Part shown: positions 35,775 through 43,184 of the stretch, piece after piece
Position numbering within the stretch: the stretch's first letter is position 1
Layout of the letters: each line of letters opens with the position of its first letter
Virus record (IMG/VR): IMGVR_UViG_3300020437_000004
Coordinates: 32,001 to 96,000 of that record
Reading direction: 5' to 3' (one strand)
Origin: a virus
Length of the DNA: 64,000 nt
The notes under the pieces: generated by a model
Databases searched by the model: none
What the model was told of the DNA's origin: nothing
The model's input: only the letters and a program-made list of their open reading frames with translations
Program-made: the position numbers and the translations under genes

Positions 35775-36025
35775 CCCCCAAATGTGATGACATCCGCACC
35801 TGCTGCTCCTTGAATAGGCACTTCCCCTGCAGCAACTGGGTAGTTATCAAAATCAATGTGGAAACTTTCCACAGGTTTCTGTGTCTCTGCGATTGTCTTC
35901 AAACCAAGATAATGTCGCCACAACTCACCAGTGGTCTGGTCATCGACGTCGTTATCTAGTGCCCACTTAAAGGCAGTCTTCGCTGCAGCGACAGCATCGT
36001 GAAATTCATTAGCGTAAGCCATCAT
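35771..36025 (-). CDS. conserved hypothetical
   Basis: 84 aa; ELWRHYLG motif. Confidence 0.7.
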   Translation of the reverse strand: MMAYANEFHDAVAAAKTAFKWALDNDVDDQTTGELWRHYLGLKTIAETQKPVESFHIDFDNYPVAAGEVPIQGAAGADVITFGG

Positions 36026-36288
36026 GCTCCTTGATAAGGTGATACAACAACATCCCTACGTCCACCATAGGCAGCGACCTCAGGATCAGGGTCTAACCAC
36101 TTAGTGTATTCGGGATCTTCGATACAATAGTCCAACTGGATCGAGTTGTCAAGCTTATACATGGTGTAATAAGTCTTGGTGATCTCGTTGTATTTGAGAA
36201 TGCGATAGTCAGGCATACCGTTGATCTCTAGTGTGCCACACTCGGCAAAACGGTATGGGAATCTGTCGAGAATTACTTTTACCTTCAT
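36022..36288 (-). CDS. conserved hypothetical
   Basis: DRFPYR..ECGTLEINGMPDYRI...EDPEYTKWLDPD. Confidence 0.7.
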   Translation of the reverse strand: MKVKVILDRFPYRFAECGTLEINGMPDYRILKYNEITKTYYTMYKLDNSIQLDYCIEDPEYTKWLDPDPEVAAYGGRRDVVVSPYQGA

Positions 36289-36363
36289 GGTGTGTGTGAA
36301 TCTATATGTATTCTAACGTTATCACACCAAGACTGTGACCTACTAAGGACAGTTATATAATTG

Positions 36364-36570
36364 TCACCTACGAAGAGTGTTAGCGTGTGTAATCATATAC
36401 TCTCTGATCCACATCAACTCGTTAAAACATTTCTGATTGTGAGCACACCCACGAAGTTTAGGGTCTGGCTCGTGGAGAGACTCAATGAAGAGATCAAGTC
36501 CTCTATTCCACTTATCATTTTGCGAATCAAGATGTGCTTGATCTCTAGGTAATTCGGATCTGTCTAACAT
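36364..36570 (-). CDS. conserved hypothetical
   Basis: WNRGLDLFIES...LRGCAHNQKCFNELM. Confidence 0.7.
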   Translation of the reverse strand: MLDRSELPRDQAHLDSQNDKWNRGLDLFIESLHEPDPKLRGCAHNQKCFNELMWIREYMITHANTLRR

Positions 36571-36574
36571 TTGT

Positions 36575-37186
36575 TTATTGGAATGAAAACCATCCTGTGA
36601 TAATCATCTTCTCCTTAGTATCAGATACCCTTCCTCTATGGAAGTGTGTCCAATCTGCTGGCCAGATGACTGTGTATCCTTTTTGTGCGGGGACATACTT
36701 ATCTTGATGAAACCACTCGGTGCCACCATCAGGGACATCGTTTAGGTATGTCATAAAGACAAGGTGTCTATAAACATTACTTGGTAGGCAGTTTGATCTC
36801 TCTGTATGCCAGAGTTTAAAACCACCACCCTTAGGATACCATTGTATAGAGAGTGGCTCGTTGATACGGAAGTTAGATAACTCACAGAAAGGAAATCTAT
36901 CCATGTATTTCTCTAGGACTTCTTGCAACTCAACAAGATACTTCTCTAGGTGCATGACTGCTGCTTGGAATGGGACATGCAGGTCACGAGAATCTTTAAA
37001 TTCTTTATTTGTTTTTACTTCTCCTGCTTCCATGAGTTGACCTTCAATATAAGGCAACCACTGTTGATGCCTATAGAAATTTACAACCTCTTGGACTGCA
37101 TCATCAGAAATAGTAGCACCCCAAATGAAGTCACTATCTTTGGTGCAGATCTTATTCTTATAGGTTGTGATCTCAGGATCTAGCAT
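36575..37186 (-). CDS. Fe(II)/2OG oxygenase (prolyl-hydroxylase-like)
   Basis: WHTER...LVFMTYLNDVPDGGTEW...WPADWTHFHRG...KMIITGW. Confidence 0.85.
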   Translation of the reverse strand: MLDPEITTYKNKICTKDSDFIWGATISDDAVQEVVNFYRHQQWLPYIEGQLMEAGEVKTNKEFKDSRDLHVPFQAAVMHLEKYLVELQEVLEKYMDRFPFCELSNFRINEPLSIQWYPKGGGFKLWHTERSNCLPSNVYRHLVFMTYLNDVPDGGTEWFHQDKYVPAQKGYTVIWPADWTHFHRGRVSDTKEKMIITGWFSFQ

Positions 37187-37670
37187 CTATTCTATAACTA
37201 AAAATTGCTCTAGGAGATTTGGGGGATGCCTCATGATACATCCCTTTAGGTATGTATAGTGCATCGCCAGGATTGATTGTGACGATATCCGCCATGCATG
37301 TTTCACATGCGTTAGTATCAAATCGATAGGATGTCCTACCCTTGACACCAATGATAAGGACATTCTCCTGATCATTATGCCTGCCGAATGTATCAGCAGG
37401 TGCAAAGTATGAGACATAGACATCCATGTTTTGACACTCGTGTCCTGCCCACTCTTCAAACTCTCTCCTTGCCATAGTAAAAGAAGGAGGAGCAGCACTC
37501 CCCCTTCGCCATTTTGACATATAAGAAGGCGGTCCTCCATCACTAATACAATGACAAAAACCTGTAGGGTCGTTAAGAGTTGCATTTACATACATCAACA
37601 CTGCATCCCAAGGCACTGCAACATGCTTAGGGAAGATGTCTCTGTATACAATGTATCTCTCGTCATCCAT
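37173..37670 (-). CDS. JmjC/cupin-4-like oxygenase
   Basis: FGRHNDQEN...GRTSY...PGDALYIPKGMYHEA. Confidence 0.75.
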   Translation of the reverse strand: MDDERYIVYRDIFPKHVAVPWDAVLMYVNATLNDPTGFCHCISDGGPPSYMSKWRRGSAAPPSFTMARREFEEWAGHECQNMDVYVSYFAPADTFGRHNDQENVLIIGVKGRTSYRFDTNACETCMADIVTINPGDALYIPKGMYHEASPKSPRAIFSYRIDARS

Positions 37671-37875
37671 AAACTAAATCATCACTAAGGTGGTCAATTA
37701 AAATCGCATAATCTTCTTCAACATCAATACCCCAGAAATGGACGTGGCGTTTGTCGGCATAAAATCGACATAATGCTTGGAAGAGAGATGGATACTCGGT
37801 ATCCAATTCCACTTCACCATTGACTGCTGACCTGAGAATGGACAAGCAATCGGCAAAACGCTTTTCTACAGTCAT
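37663..37875 (-). CDS. conserved hypothetical (MTVEKRF...)
   Basis: Start moved downstream of the tRNA. Confidence 0.65.
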   Translation of the reverse strand: MTVEKRFADCLSILRSAVNGEVELDTEYPSLFQALCRFYADKRHVHFWGIDVEEDYAILIDHLSDDLVYG

Positions 37876-37917
37876 AAGTAGACTCCTATTCTGTTGTGGC
37901 AATGGGGTTACCCCCAA

Positions 37918-37990
37918 CGACTCAGGTTGGATTCGAACCAACGACCGACTGTTTAGAAGACAGTTGCTCTATCCACTGAGCTACTGAATC
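37918..37990 (-). tRNA. trnR: tRNA-Arg(UCU)
   Basis: GATTCAGTAGCTCAGTGGATAGAGCA-ACTGT-CTTCTAA-ACAGT-CGGTC-GTTGGTTCGAATCCAAC-CTGAGTC-G; anticodon TCT; no encoded CCA. Confidence 0.95.
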
Positions 37991-38621
37991 AATAGGTGAG
38001 GAAATGTACCTCAGTAAACCGTGGTCTGTCTATGAATGTATTACCTACCAGTCTCATGGAATGATAGATGTCTCCATTGAAAAAGACAGCACAGTTATAT
38101 CGATCTAGTATACAGTGGGTCTCATCTGCATCATTACACCATGGGTTGAAGTGCTCACCTCCTCCGTTGTAGTCAAAGGAATTGTAGAAAGATGTGCCTG
38201 GTCCATAATCGTTACACTTGTTGAGATAAACTAGTCCGTTGATGCAGTGGGGGTCAGTATGGGGAAACCAATGACCCTTTGGTAAGGAGTTTAGCATGGT
38301 CATATTAAACATGCAACCTCCTTGGAAGTATGTATTCTGGTGGATGCCTAGTAAGGAGGAGGCTTCCCTGTGTATGTCAAACCATTGTCGATCATATGCT
38401 TCTGTAATTGCTTGTCTACCATCAAAAAACTCAACACCATTTGCTGCCTGAGGATCTTGTGGTTTGTGTGAAATAATAGGACAGTTTTGTAGATACTCTA
38501 CCACTCTGTCTGGGTTTTTATATACGTTATCAACGTAGACAATCGGTCTTCCGTTTACGTCTTCCTTGGTAAATGTTAAGTTTGAATTTAATTGAAAGTC
38601 ATCGCCTGTAAAAAACTTCAT
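37989..38621 (-). CDS. Fe(II)/2OG oxygenase-like
   Basis: FPHTD...GLVYLN...GTSFY...FFNGDIYHS...R. Confidence 0.7.
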   Translation of the reverse strand: MKFFTGDDFQLNSNLTFTKEDVNGRPIVYVDNVYKNPDRVVEYLQNCPIISHKPQDPQAANGVEFFDGRQAITEAYDRQWFDIHREASSLLGIHQNTYFQGGCMFNMTMLNSLPKGHWFPHTDPHCINGLVYLNKCNDYGPGTSFYNSFDYNGGGEHFNPWCNDADETHCILDRYNCAVFFNGDIYHSMRLVGNTFIDRPRFTEVHFLTY

Positions 38622-39190
38622 ATTACTTTTTTGGTTTTGTCTACATGTCCTTTAATATTAAATGATATGATTGTGCGTTTAACTGGTGATCTATTCGGTG
38701 GTGCTTCATGGTGCAGTGCAGCAGGAAAGAACACAATAGACCCTTCCTTGACTGGTGGCACATAGGACATTAAGTTGCCATCGATGAAGTCGTGGAAGGG
38801 TGAATAGAAAGTAGTAGGGTGATGAATGTTTTCATCGAAGTCATAGTATAGCACACATGACCATCCATACATGCCATGATTGTGGACACGATGTTTGTGT
38901 GATGCAAATTGAGACTCAAACCACATTGATGAGATCTCCATCATGTGATTGCGACCAAGGCAACCACTTTTTTTGAATTTATTTATCGGTAATGCTGCTG
39001 CATCAAACACTTGGTCAGCATATGGTGGCAAGATACCCTGCTGATCCCACTCAAAGAAATCAGTATAGACTTCCACACCCTGATCCAGATGTTTATCTGT
39101 AGGGTCTGGTAATTTAATGGTATCTTTCTTCTCCGCCCAGTCTTCAATCTCGTATGTGCAGATCGGGACTCGGAATGGGAATTCCATCAT
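38618..39190 (-). CDS. Fe(II)/2OG oxygenase, TIGR02466-like
   Basis: HRVHNHG..GWSCVLY...EGSIVFFPAALHHEA...RTIISFN. Confidence 0.8.
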   Translation of the reverse strand: MMEFPFRVPICTYEIEDWAEKKDTIKLPDPTDKHLDQGVEVYTDFFEWDQQGILPPYADQVFDAAALPINKFKKSGCLGRNHMMEISSMWFESQFASHKHRVHNHGMYGWSCVLYYDFDENIHHPTTFYSPFHDFIDGNLMSYVPPVKEGSIVFFPAALHHEAPPNRSPVKRTIISFNIKGHVDKTKKVI

Positions 39191-39315
39191 GCTTCTTCAA
39201 GCTCTCGGATCTGCTTTGCTACCGTCTCTGCCTCTTCGGTCTTGCCTTCCTCAATAAGGTAGTGCAATTTATCGATAAGATACTCAACTGAGTCTACGAA
39301 TTCGATGGGAGCCAT
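39187..39315 (-). CDS. 42-aa acidic helical hypothetical
   Basis: Hand-translated MAPIEFVDSVEYLIDKLHYLIEEG...; ATGA overlap. Confidence 0.5.
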   Translation of the reverse strand: MAPIEFVDSVEYLIDKLHYLIEEGKTEEAETVAKQIRELEEA

Positions 39316-39363
39316 GATTTGGTAGTGTAACTCTCGTAAGTATATATGGTCTCTGTCCATCTG

Positions 39364-39696
39364 TCAAGGATTGTAATGCTTAATAAACCATTCGGCATCC
39401 AACACCACTAGTGCCTTCTTCCGATTTTTCTTCATAAAAAGAGCAGGTGTATGGTCACCTGCGTTTGCACACGCTTGATCGTATGCATCGTAAACGTTAA
39501 GTTTCTCTACATTTTTACATTCAATAGAGAAAGGAAACTTTTCTCTTGCTGCTCTTGCCATGATAAGATCTTCGCCACCTGCACCCATACTACGAGACTC
39601 AATGTCCTCAGGGTGGACGTCACGATGCTCAATGAGCATTTCTCTTACCCATTTCTGGAAGTTTCTTCCTTTAGCTTTAGCACTTTGCGGTTTCAA
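39364..39696 (-). CDS. PD-(D/E)xK nuclease, Hjc resolvase-like
   Basis: SAKAKGRNFQ...GAGGEDL...FSIECKN; TTG start overlapping the upstream stop. Confidence 0.7.
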   Translation of the reverse strand: MKPQSAKAKGRNFQKWVREMLIEHRDVHPEDIESRSMGAGGEDLIMARAAREKFPFSIECKNVEKLNVYDAYDQACANAGDHTPALFMKKNRKKALVVLDAEWFIKHYNP

Positions 39697-39866
39697 TCTG
39701 CGTAACCATCATCATCTCCATTGTATCTATACGACATACCTTCCTTAACTAGTGGATCGGAGACTACAGGTCTGTATGCATCCACATCTTCTTTAATAGC
39801 ATCTTCCAAACTCTCTGCGAGGAGTTTAAGATTGTGTGCAATGAGTTTTACCTTTTGATAATTCAT
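39693..39866 (-). CDS. 57-aa hypothetical (MNYQKVKLIAHNLKLLAESLEDAIKED...)
   Basis: Hand-translated, coupled to the talC stop. Confidence 0.65.
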   Translation of the reverse strand: MNYQKVKLIAHNLKLLAESLEDAIKEDVDAYRPVVSDPLVKEGMSYRYNGDDDGYAD

Positions 39867-40525
39867 GGTTTAAGATTTTCTTGTAGGGTTTGCCAGTCCT
39901 TGTCAAATTGCTCTAGACCTTTATCGGTCAAGACATGCTTATACATTTTGTTAAACACGGCAGGAGGGATCGTGCAGATATCTGCACCAACTCCAAAACA
40001 TCTACCGACCTGATGCACATCCCTAATAGATGCTGCTAGGATTTGTGTCTTTACAGAATGCCTAGAGTATACATCAGAGATTGCTCTGATCAACTCAACA
40101 CCTGAGACAGAATTATCATTCAATCTACCAACGAAAGGTGACACATAAGTAGCACCTGCTTTCGCAGCAAGAATTGCTTGTGAGACTGAGAAGCAAAGAG
40201 TAACGTTAGTGGAGATACCATCCTCCGACAACTCTTTACATGCTTTAAGACCCTCTGGTGTGAGGGGCAATTTAATAGTTACACTAGGATGTATATCAAT
40301 ATAATCGTCTGCCATGTCTAGCATTTCTTCTGCTGTAGATCCAACGACCTCTGCAGAAACAGATGCTGTCCATCCAAACATGTTACAAATCTCAAGGATA
40401 ACATCCCTAGGATCTTTCCCTTCTTTCATCATCAGGGAAGGGTTGGTAGTTACACCATCAATCAATCCAGTTGCAACTGCATCATAAACTACTTCGGTAT
40501 TGCTACTGTCCAAAAATAGTTTCAT
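39863..40525 (-). CDS. talC: transaldolase (TalC/Fsa type)
   Basis: MKLFLDS...GVTTNPSL...TIKLP...NVTLCFS..QA..AAKAGATYVSPFVGRL; AGGAG RBS. Confidence 0.97.
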   Translation of the reverse strand: MKLFLDSSNTEVVYDAVATGLIDGVTTNPSLMMKEGKDPRDVILEICNMFGWTASVSAEVVGSTAEEMLDMADDYIDIHPSVTIKLPLTPEGLKACKELSEDGISTNVTLCFSVSQAILAAKAGATYVSPFVGRLNDNSVSGVELIRAISDVYSRHSVKTQILAASIRDVHQVGRCFGVGADICTIPPAVFNKMYKHVLTDKGLEQFDKDWQTLQENLKP

Positions 40526-40567
40526 GACTCTCCTCATAGTTAAAGTTATTTATTTTCGTGAAAAAAA

Positions 40568-40758
40568 GGAGGGAGGTTGGGTTACTGTATACCAACAAAG
40601 AACGGGCATTACTACAGAGTAAATACGTCCTTGCCTACGACCTACTTGGTTGAGTAGTTCTGCTATTCCTAGCAGCGAGCACCACCTCTGTCGTATCACC
40701 TTATCCAGCCATATGCCAGAAAGATTATTCAGTCACTCCCAGTGTGCTGATCAGGCAC
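40568..40758 (-). ncRNA. manA-type structured RNA
   Basis: GTGCCTGATCAGCACACTGGGAGTGACTGAATAA...CTGGCATAT..CTGGATAAGGTGATACGACAGAGGTGGTGCT...CTACTCAACCAAGTAGGTCGT..GGCA...TGTAGTAATGCCCGT...GTTGGTATACAG..ACCCAACCTCCCTC resembles the manA motif of marine cyanophages; upstream of talC. Confidence 0.8.
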
Positions 40759-40760
40759 AG

Positions 40761-40800
40761 ATATATAATGGCATAAAAAAAGGAGGGTGTCAACCCCTCC
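40761..40800 (-). terminator. terminator hairpin with an embedded -35 (TTGACA) of the manA-RNA promoter
   Basis: GGAGGG-GTTGACA-CCCTCC plus T-run, then an AT-rich -10 region. Confidence 0.65.
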
Positions 40801-40823
40801 TTAGAAATGTGTATGAATGATAA

Positions 40824-41009
40824 CTATTTTTCACCCTTTCTTGGATTCTTTAGATACCAAGAAGGTGTGCCAAACACGTTTAGTGTAACCCATTTGGCAT
40901 ACGAAACACCTCTATAACACAGTAAAGCAAACACTTTATCTGGGTCATGTTTTTCTGGATCGTATTCTGGTAGACCGTAGTCCCATTCAATTTTAACTTT
41001 TAACCGCAT
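40824..41009 (-). CDS. hypothetical with YRGV motif
   Basis: YDPEKHDPDKVFALLCYRGVSYAKWV. Confidence 0.65.
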   Translation of the reverse strand: MRLKVKIEWDYGLPEYDPEKHDPDKVFALLCYRGVSYAKWVTLNVFGTPSWYLKNPRKGEK

Positions 41010-41115
41010 CGCTGCCACCCTTTAAAAAATGGAGGAAGCGAACTTCTTGGTAGATGAAGTAGATGAATACAACAGATCCAATAGTTATCCAACTAACAGT
41101 CTGTAGTGCTTCCAT
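40993..41115 (-). CDS. 40-aa single-TM peptide (MEALQTVSWITIGSVVFIYFIYQEVRFL...)
   Basis: Hand-translated. Confidence 0.55.
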   Translation of the reverse strand: MEALQTVSWITIGSVVFIYFIYQEVRFLHFLKGGSDAVKS

Positions 41116-41119
41116 CTTT

Positions 41120-41260
41120 CTACACCACTGCTAGTTTCTTTTCGACCTTAATACCACGATACATAAGTTCATGGTTTCTTGCCTGTGCGGCTTCTGCTAG
41201 TACCTTTGCTTTGTACTGCTCAGCGTCATACTTGACGCCACGATATGTGATAGTAGTCAT
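41120..41260 (-). CDS. DUF4278-like small protein (46 aa, MTTITYRGVKYDAEQYKAKVLAEAAQARNHELMYRGIKVEKKLAVV)
   Basis: Hand-translated; two YRG motifs; AGGAG RBS. Confidence 0.8.
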   Translation of the reverse strand: MTTITYRGVKYDAEQYKAKVLAEAAQARNHELMYRGIKVEKKLAVV

Positions 41261-41317
41261 TTGTTTCTCCTAAAGTTGGTGAAGTTTCTCCTTTAACCCT
41301 TGCGGGTGATCCGAGTT

Positions 41318-41519
41318 CCCGTTCCTTTAGTCGTTTGCGTCCCAATCGCATGTGAGACCTACTGCCTCAGTCAGATGTGTCTTGTACAATTCCACGATCT
41401 CTGCCCTCTGTTGAGGTGTAAGATCGGGATGTCGGTCTGCACGGTCAAGCTTTTCAGCAATGTCCACACAAGTAATACCTGCTACAAGTATTCCGACTAG
41501 ATGTATCATGGGATGAACG
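41318..41519 (-). ncRNA. glutamine-II (Downstream-peptide)-like riboswitch, copy B, split by an ORF
   Basis: 5' half CGTTCATCCC(A) at 41519-41509; 3' half (T)GGGACGCAAACGACTAAAGGAACGGG at 41344-41318. Confidence 0.6.
41327..41509 (-). CDS. 60-aa ORF nested in the riboswitch P2 loop (ends WDAND)
   Basis: ATG abuts the P2 5' strand; the last codons and stop (TGG GAC GCA AAC GAC TAA) are the aptamer 3' strand. Confidence 0.65.
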   Translation of the reverse strand: MIHLVGILVAGITCVDIAEKLDRADRHPDLTPQQRAEIVELYKTHLTEAVGLTCDWDAND

Positions 41520-41520
41520 C

Positions 41521-41560
41521 TCCGTTCCGCGACTTACTTGCGTCCCCTAAGGGATGAACG
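41521..41560 (-). ncRNA. glutamine-riboswitch-like aptamer, copy A (compact)
   Basis: CGTTCA-TCCC-TTAG-GGGA-CGCAAGTAAGTCGC-GGAACGGA: P1 CGTTC/GAACG, P2 hairpin. Confidence 0.65.
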
Positions 41561-41631
41561 ATACAGATATGTTATCATATCCACAACTATTTAGCAAACT
41601 TAGTCATTTAACTTAACGTTAACCTTAAGTT

Positions 41632-42120
41632 TTACGTCTTCTCTTCCCATGGGTCGGGGTATTCGGTAATATCCGATGCCTTTTCAGATGTGATTTCACC
41701 TGTTTCAAAAACTTCAAGTGGTCCTTTATACCAAAGCTCGGGTGGTGGCCATGAAGAGATGTACATGTCGTTGAGTCCTGCGACTTCTGATGGTTTTTCC
41801 ACGATGATTGTGTTTTTCTTTTCTTCCTCATTCCATTGATCAACAATGTTTTCAATTTGTTGATCAACATCATGCATGGTCTTATCGACCTTAAATTCTA
41901 ACCACCATTTTGCATACCAAGGTAGGCAAAAATTCAGAAGGATGAATCTAAAGATACCCTTCTGTTTCTTAGACCAATCCTCAAACTGTTGCACTTCAGT
42001 AGGGACACCGCCCCACCTGTGCGTAAACTCAAAGTGAAAATCCTGCGAAGGTGTCTTTCCCAACATCTTGTTTGATGCCTCCCACAATGTATGATTCAAT
42101 CTCAGTTTCCTGAGGAGCAT
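41632..42120 (-). CDS. hypothetical (start uncertain, overlaps the nrdB 3' end)
   Basis: Open frame with a hydrophobic patch and acidic tail. Confidence 0.55.
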   Translation of the reverse strand: MLLRKLRLNHTLWEASNKMLGKTPSQDFHFEFTHRWGGVPTEVQQFEDWSKKQKGIFRFILLNFCLPWYAKWWLEFKVDKTMHDVDQQIENIVDQWNEEEKKNTIIVEKPSEVAGLNDMYISSWPPPELWYKGPLEVFETGEITSEKASDITEYPDPWEEKT

Positions 42121-43165
42121 TCTGTTGCCCTTTGCTATTTAGCCAGTGGTTTGTCCATGGGAGTGGGTTAGTGCTCAGTGGTTGATCGAATACTGGTGTC
42201 AATCCAATCGCTTTCATGCGACGGTTTGCAGTCCATTCAACATACTGAGTCAGTAGTCTTTCATTAAGACCAATGATGCTACCTTGTGAGAAGAGATAGG
42301 TTGCCCAATCTTTCTCCTCTTCTACAGCATCAACAAACATTTGTGTAATGTTTTCTCTTTCTTCGCGTGCAATCTCTTGCATCTCTGGATCATCACCTTG
42401 ATCCCATCGTTTAAGGATCTTCTGTGTGATGTTTAGATGTTGTGATTCATCTCTTGCAATCAATGCAATGATCTTTGCTGACCCTTCCATGAGTTTCAAC
42501 TCACCGAAAGCGAAAGAGCATGCAAATGAAACATAGAAACGAATACCTTCTAGGATGTTGACGTTAGCAACTGCCCTATAAAGTTTTCTCTTGAGGTCGT
42601 GCAATGTCCACTGTGAAGTAGGTGAGTCTCTCCAATCCTTCTTCCAGAAGTTGCTGTCTGCATACTGTCCTACTGCTTCAAGGAATTCATCGTATGCACT
42701 TGTGACAGACTTGGCACGAGCTAAAATCTTTTCGTCATCTAAAACTGTATCAAATACCTCTGATGGATCTGAGTATACATTCTTGATGATGTGTGTATAT
42801 GAGCGTGAATGAATTTGCTCCATGAAATTCCATACACCAATACATCCTTCCAACTCAGGAAGACTACAGTAAGGTGCAAATGCCATGCCAGGACCTCTGC
42901 CCTGCACACTGTCAAGAAGGATTTGATACTTAAGGTTAGAAGTATAAATGTGCTTCTGTTGATCGTTTAGTGTTTTGTAATCTGAGCGATCCTTCTGTAG
43001 AGATACCTCCTCAGGTCTCCAAAAGAATCCTAGTTGTGATTGAGTTAGTCTCTCAAAGTCTGGATACTTATATTCATCATACCTCTGCATCCCTAGGGGT
43101 GCTCCAAAAAACATTGGTTGTTTAGTAGTGTCGGTCTTGTTGCTATTAAAAACAGTTACGGACAT
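42029..43165 (-). CDS. nrdB: class Ia ribonucleotide reductase beta subunit
   Basis: QPMFFGAPLG, FFWRPEEV, LDSVQGRGP, EQIHSRSY, EGIRFYVSFA, RDESQH, APQETE; start at MSVTVF. Confidence 0.97.
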   Translation of the reverse strand: MSVTVFNSNKTDTTKQPMFFGAPLGMQRYDEYKYPDFERLTQSQLGFFWRPEEVSLQKDRSDYKTLNDQQKHIYTSNLKYQILLDSVQGRGPGMAFAPYCSLPELEGCIGVWNFMEQIHSRSYTHIIKNVYSDPSEVFDTVLDDEKILARAKSVTSAYDEFLEAVGQYADSNFWKKDWRDSPTSQWTLHDLKRKLYRAVANVNILEGIRFYVSFACSFAFGELKLMEGSAKIIALIARDESQHLNITQKILKRWDQGDDPEMQEIAREERENITQMFVDAVEEEKDWATYLFSQGSIIGLNERLLTQYVEWTANRRMKAIGLTPVFDQPLSTNPLPWTNHWLNSKGQQNAPQETEIESYIVGGIKQDVGKDTFAGFSL

Positions 43166-43184
43166 TCGATTATTAGGGATAGGG

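Noticed and set aside
36335-36362. ACTGT...ACAGT inverted repeat and a similar TATAAGTGGCAC at about 52893-52905
   Set aside because: Possibly an early-promoter-associated motif, but two degenerate copies are too few to support a call from this window.
37876-37941. N-terminal extension of ORF 37663-37941
   Set aside because: It runs through the tRNA-Arg 3' end; the real start is more plausibly ATG 37875.
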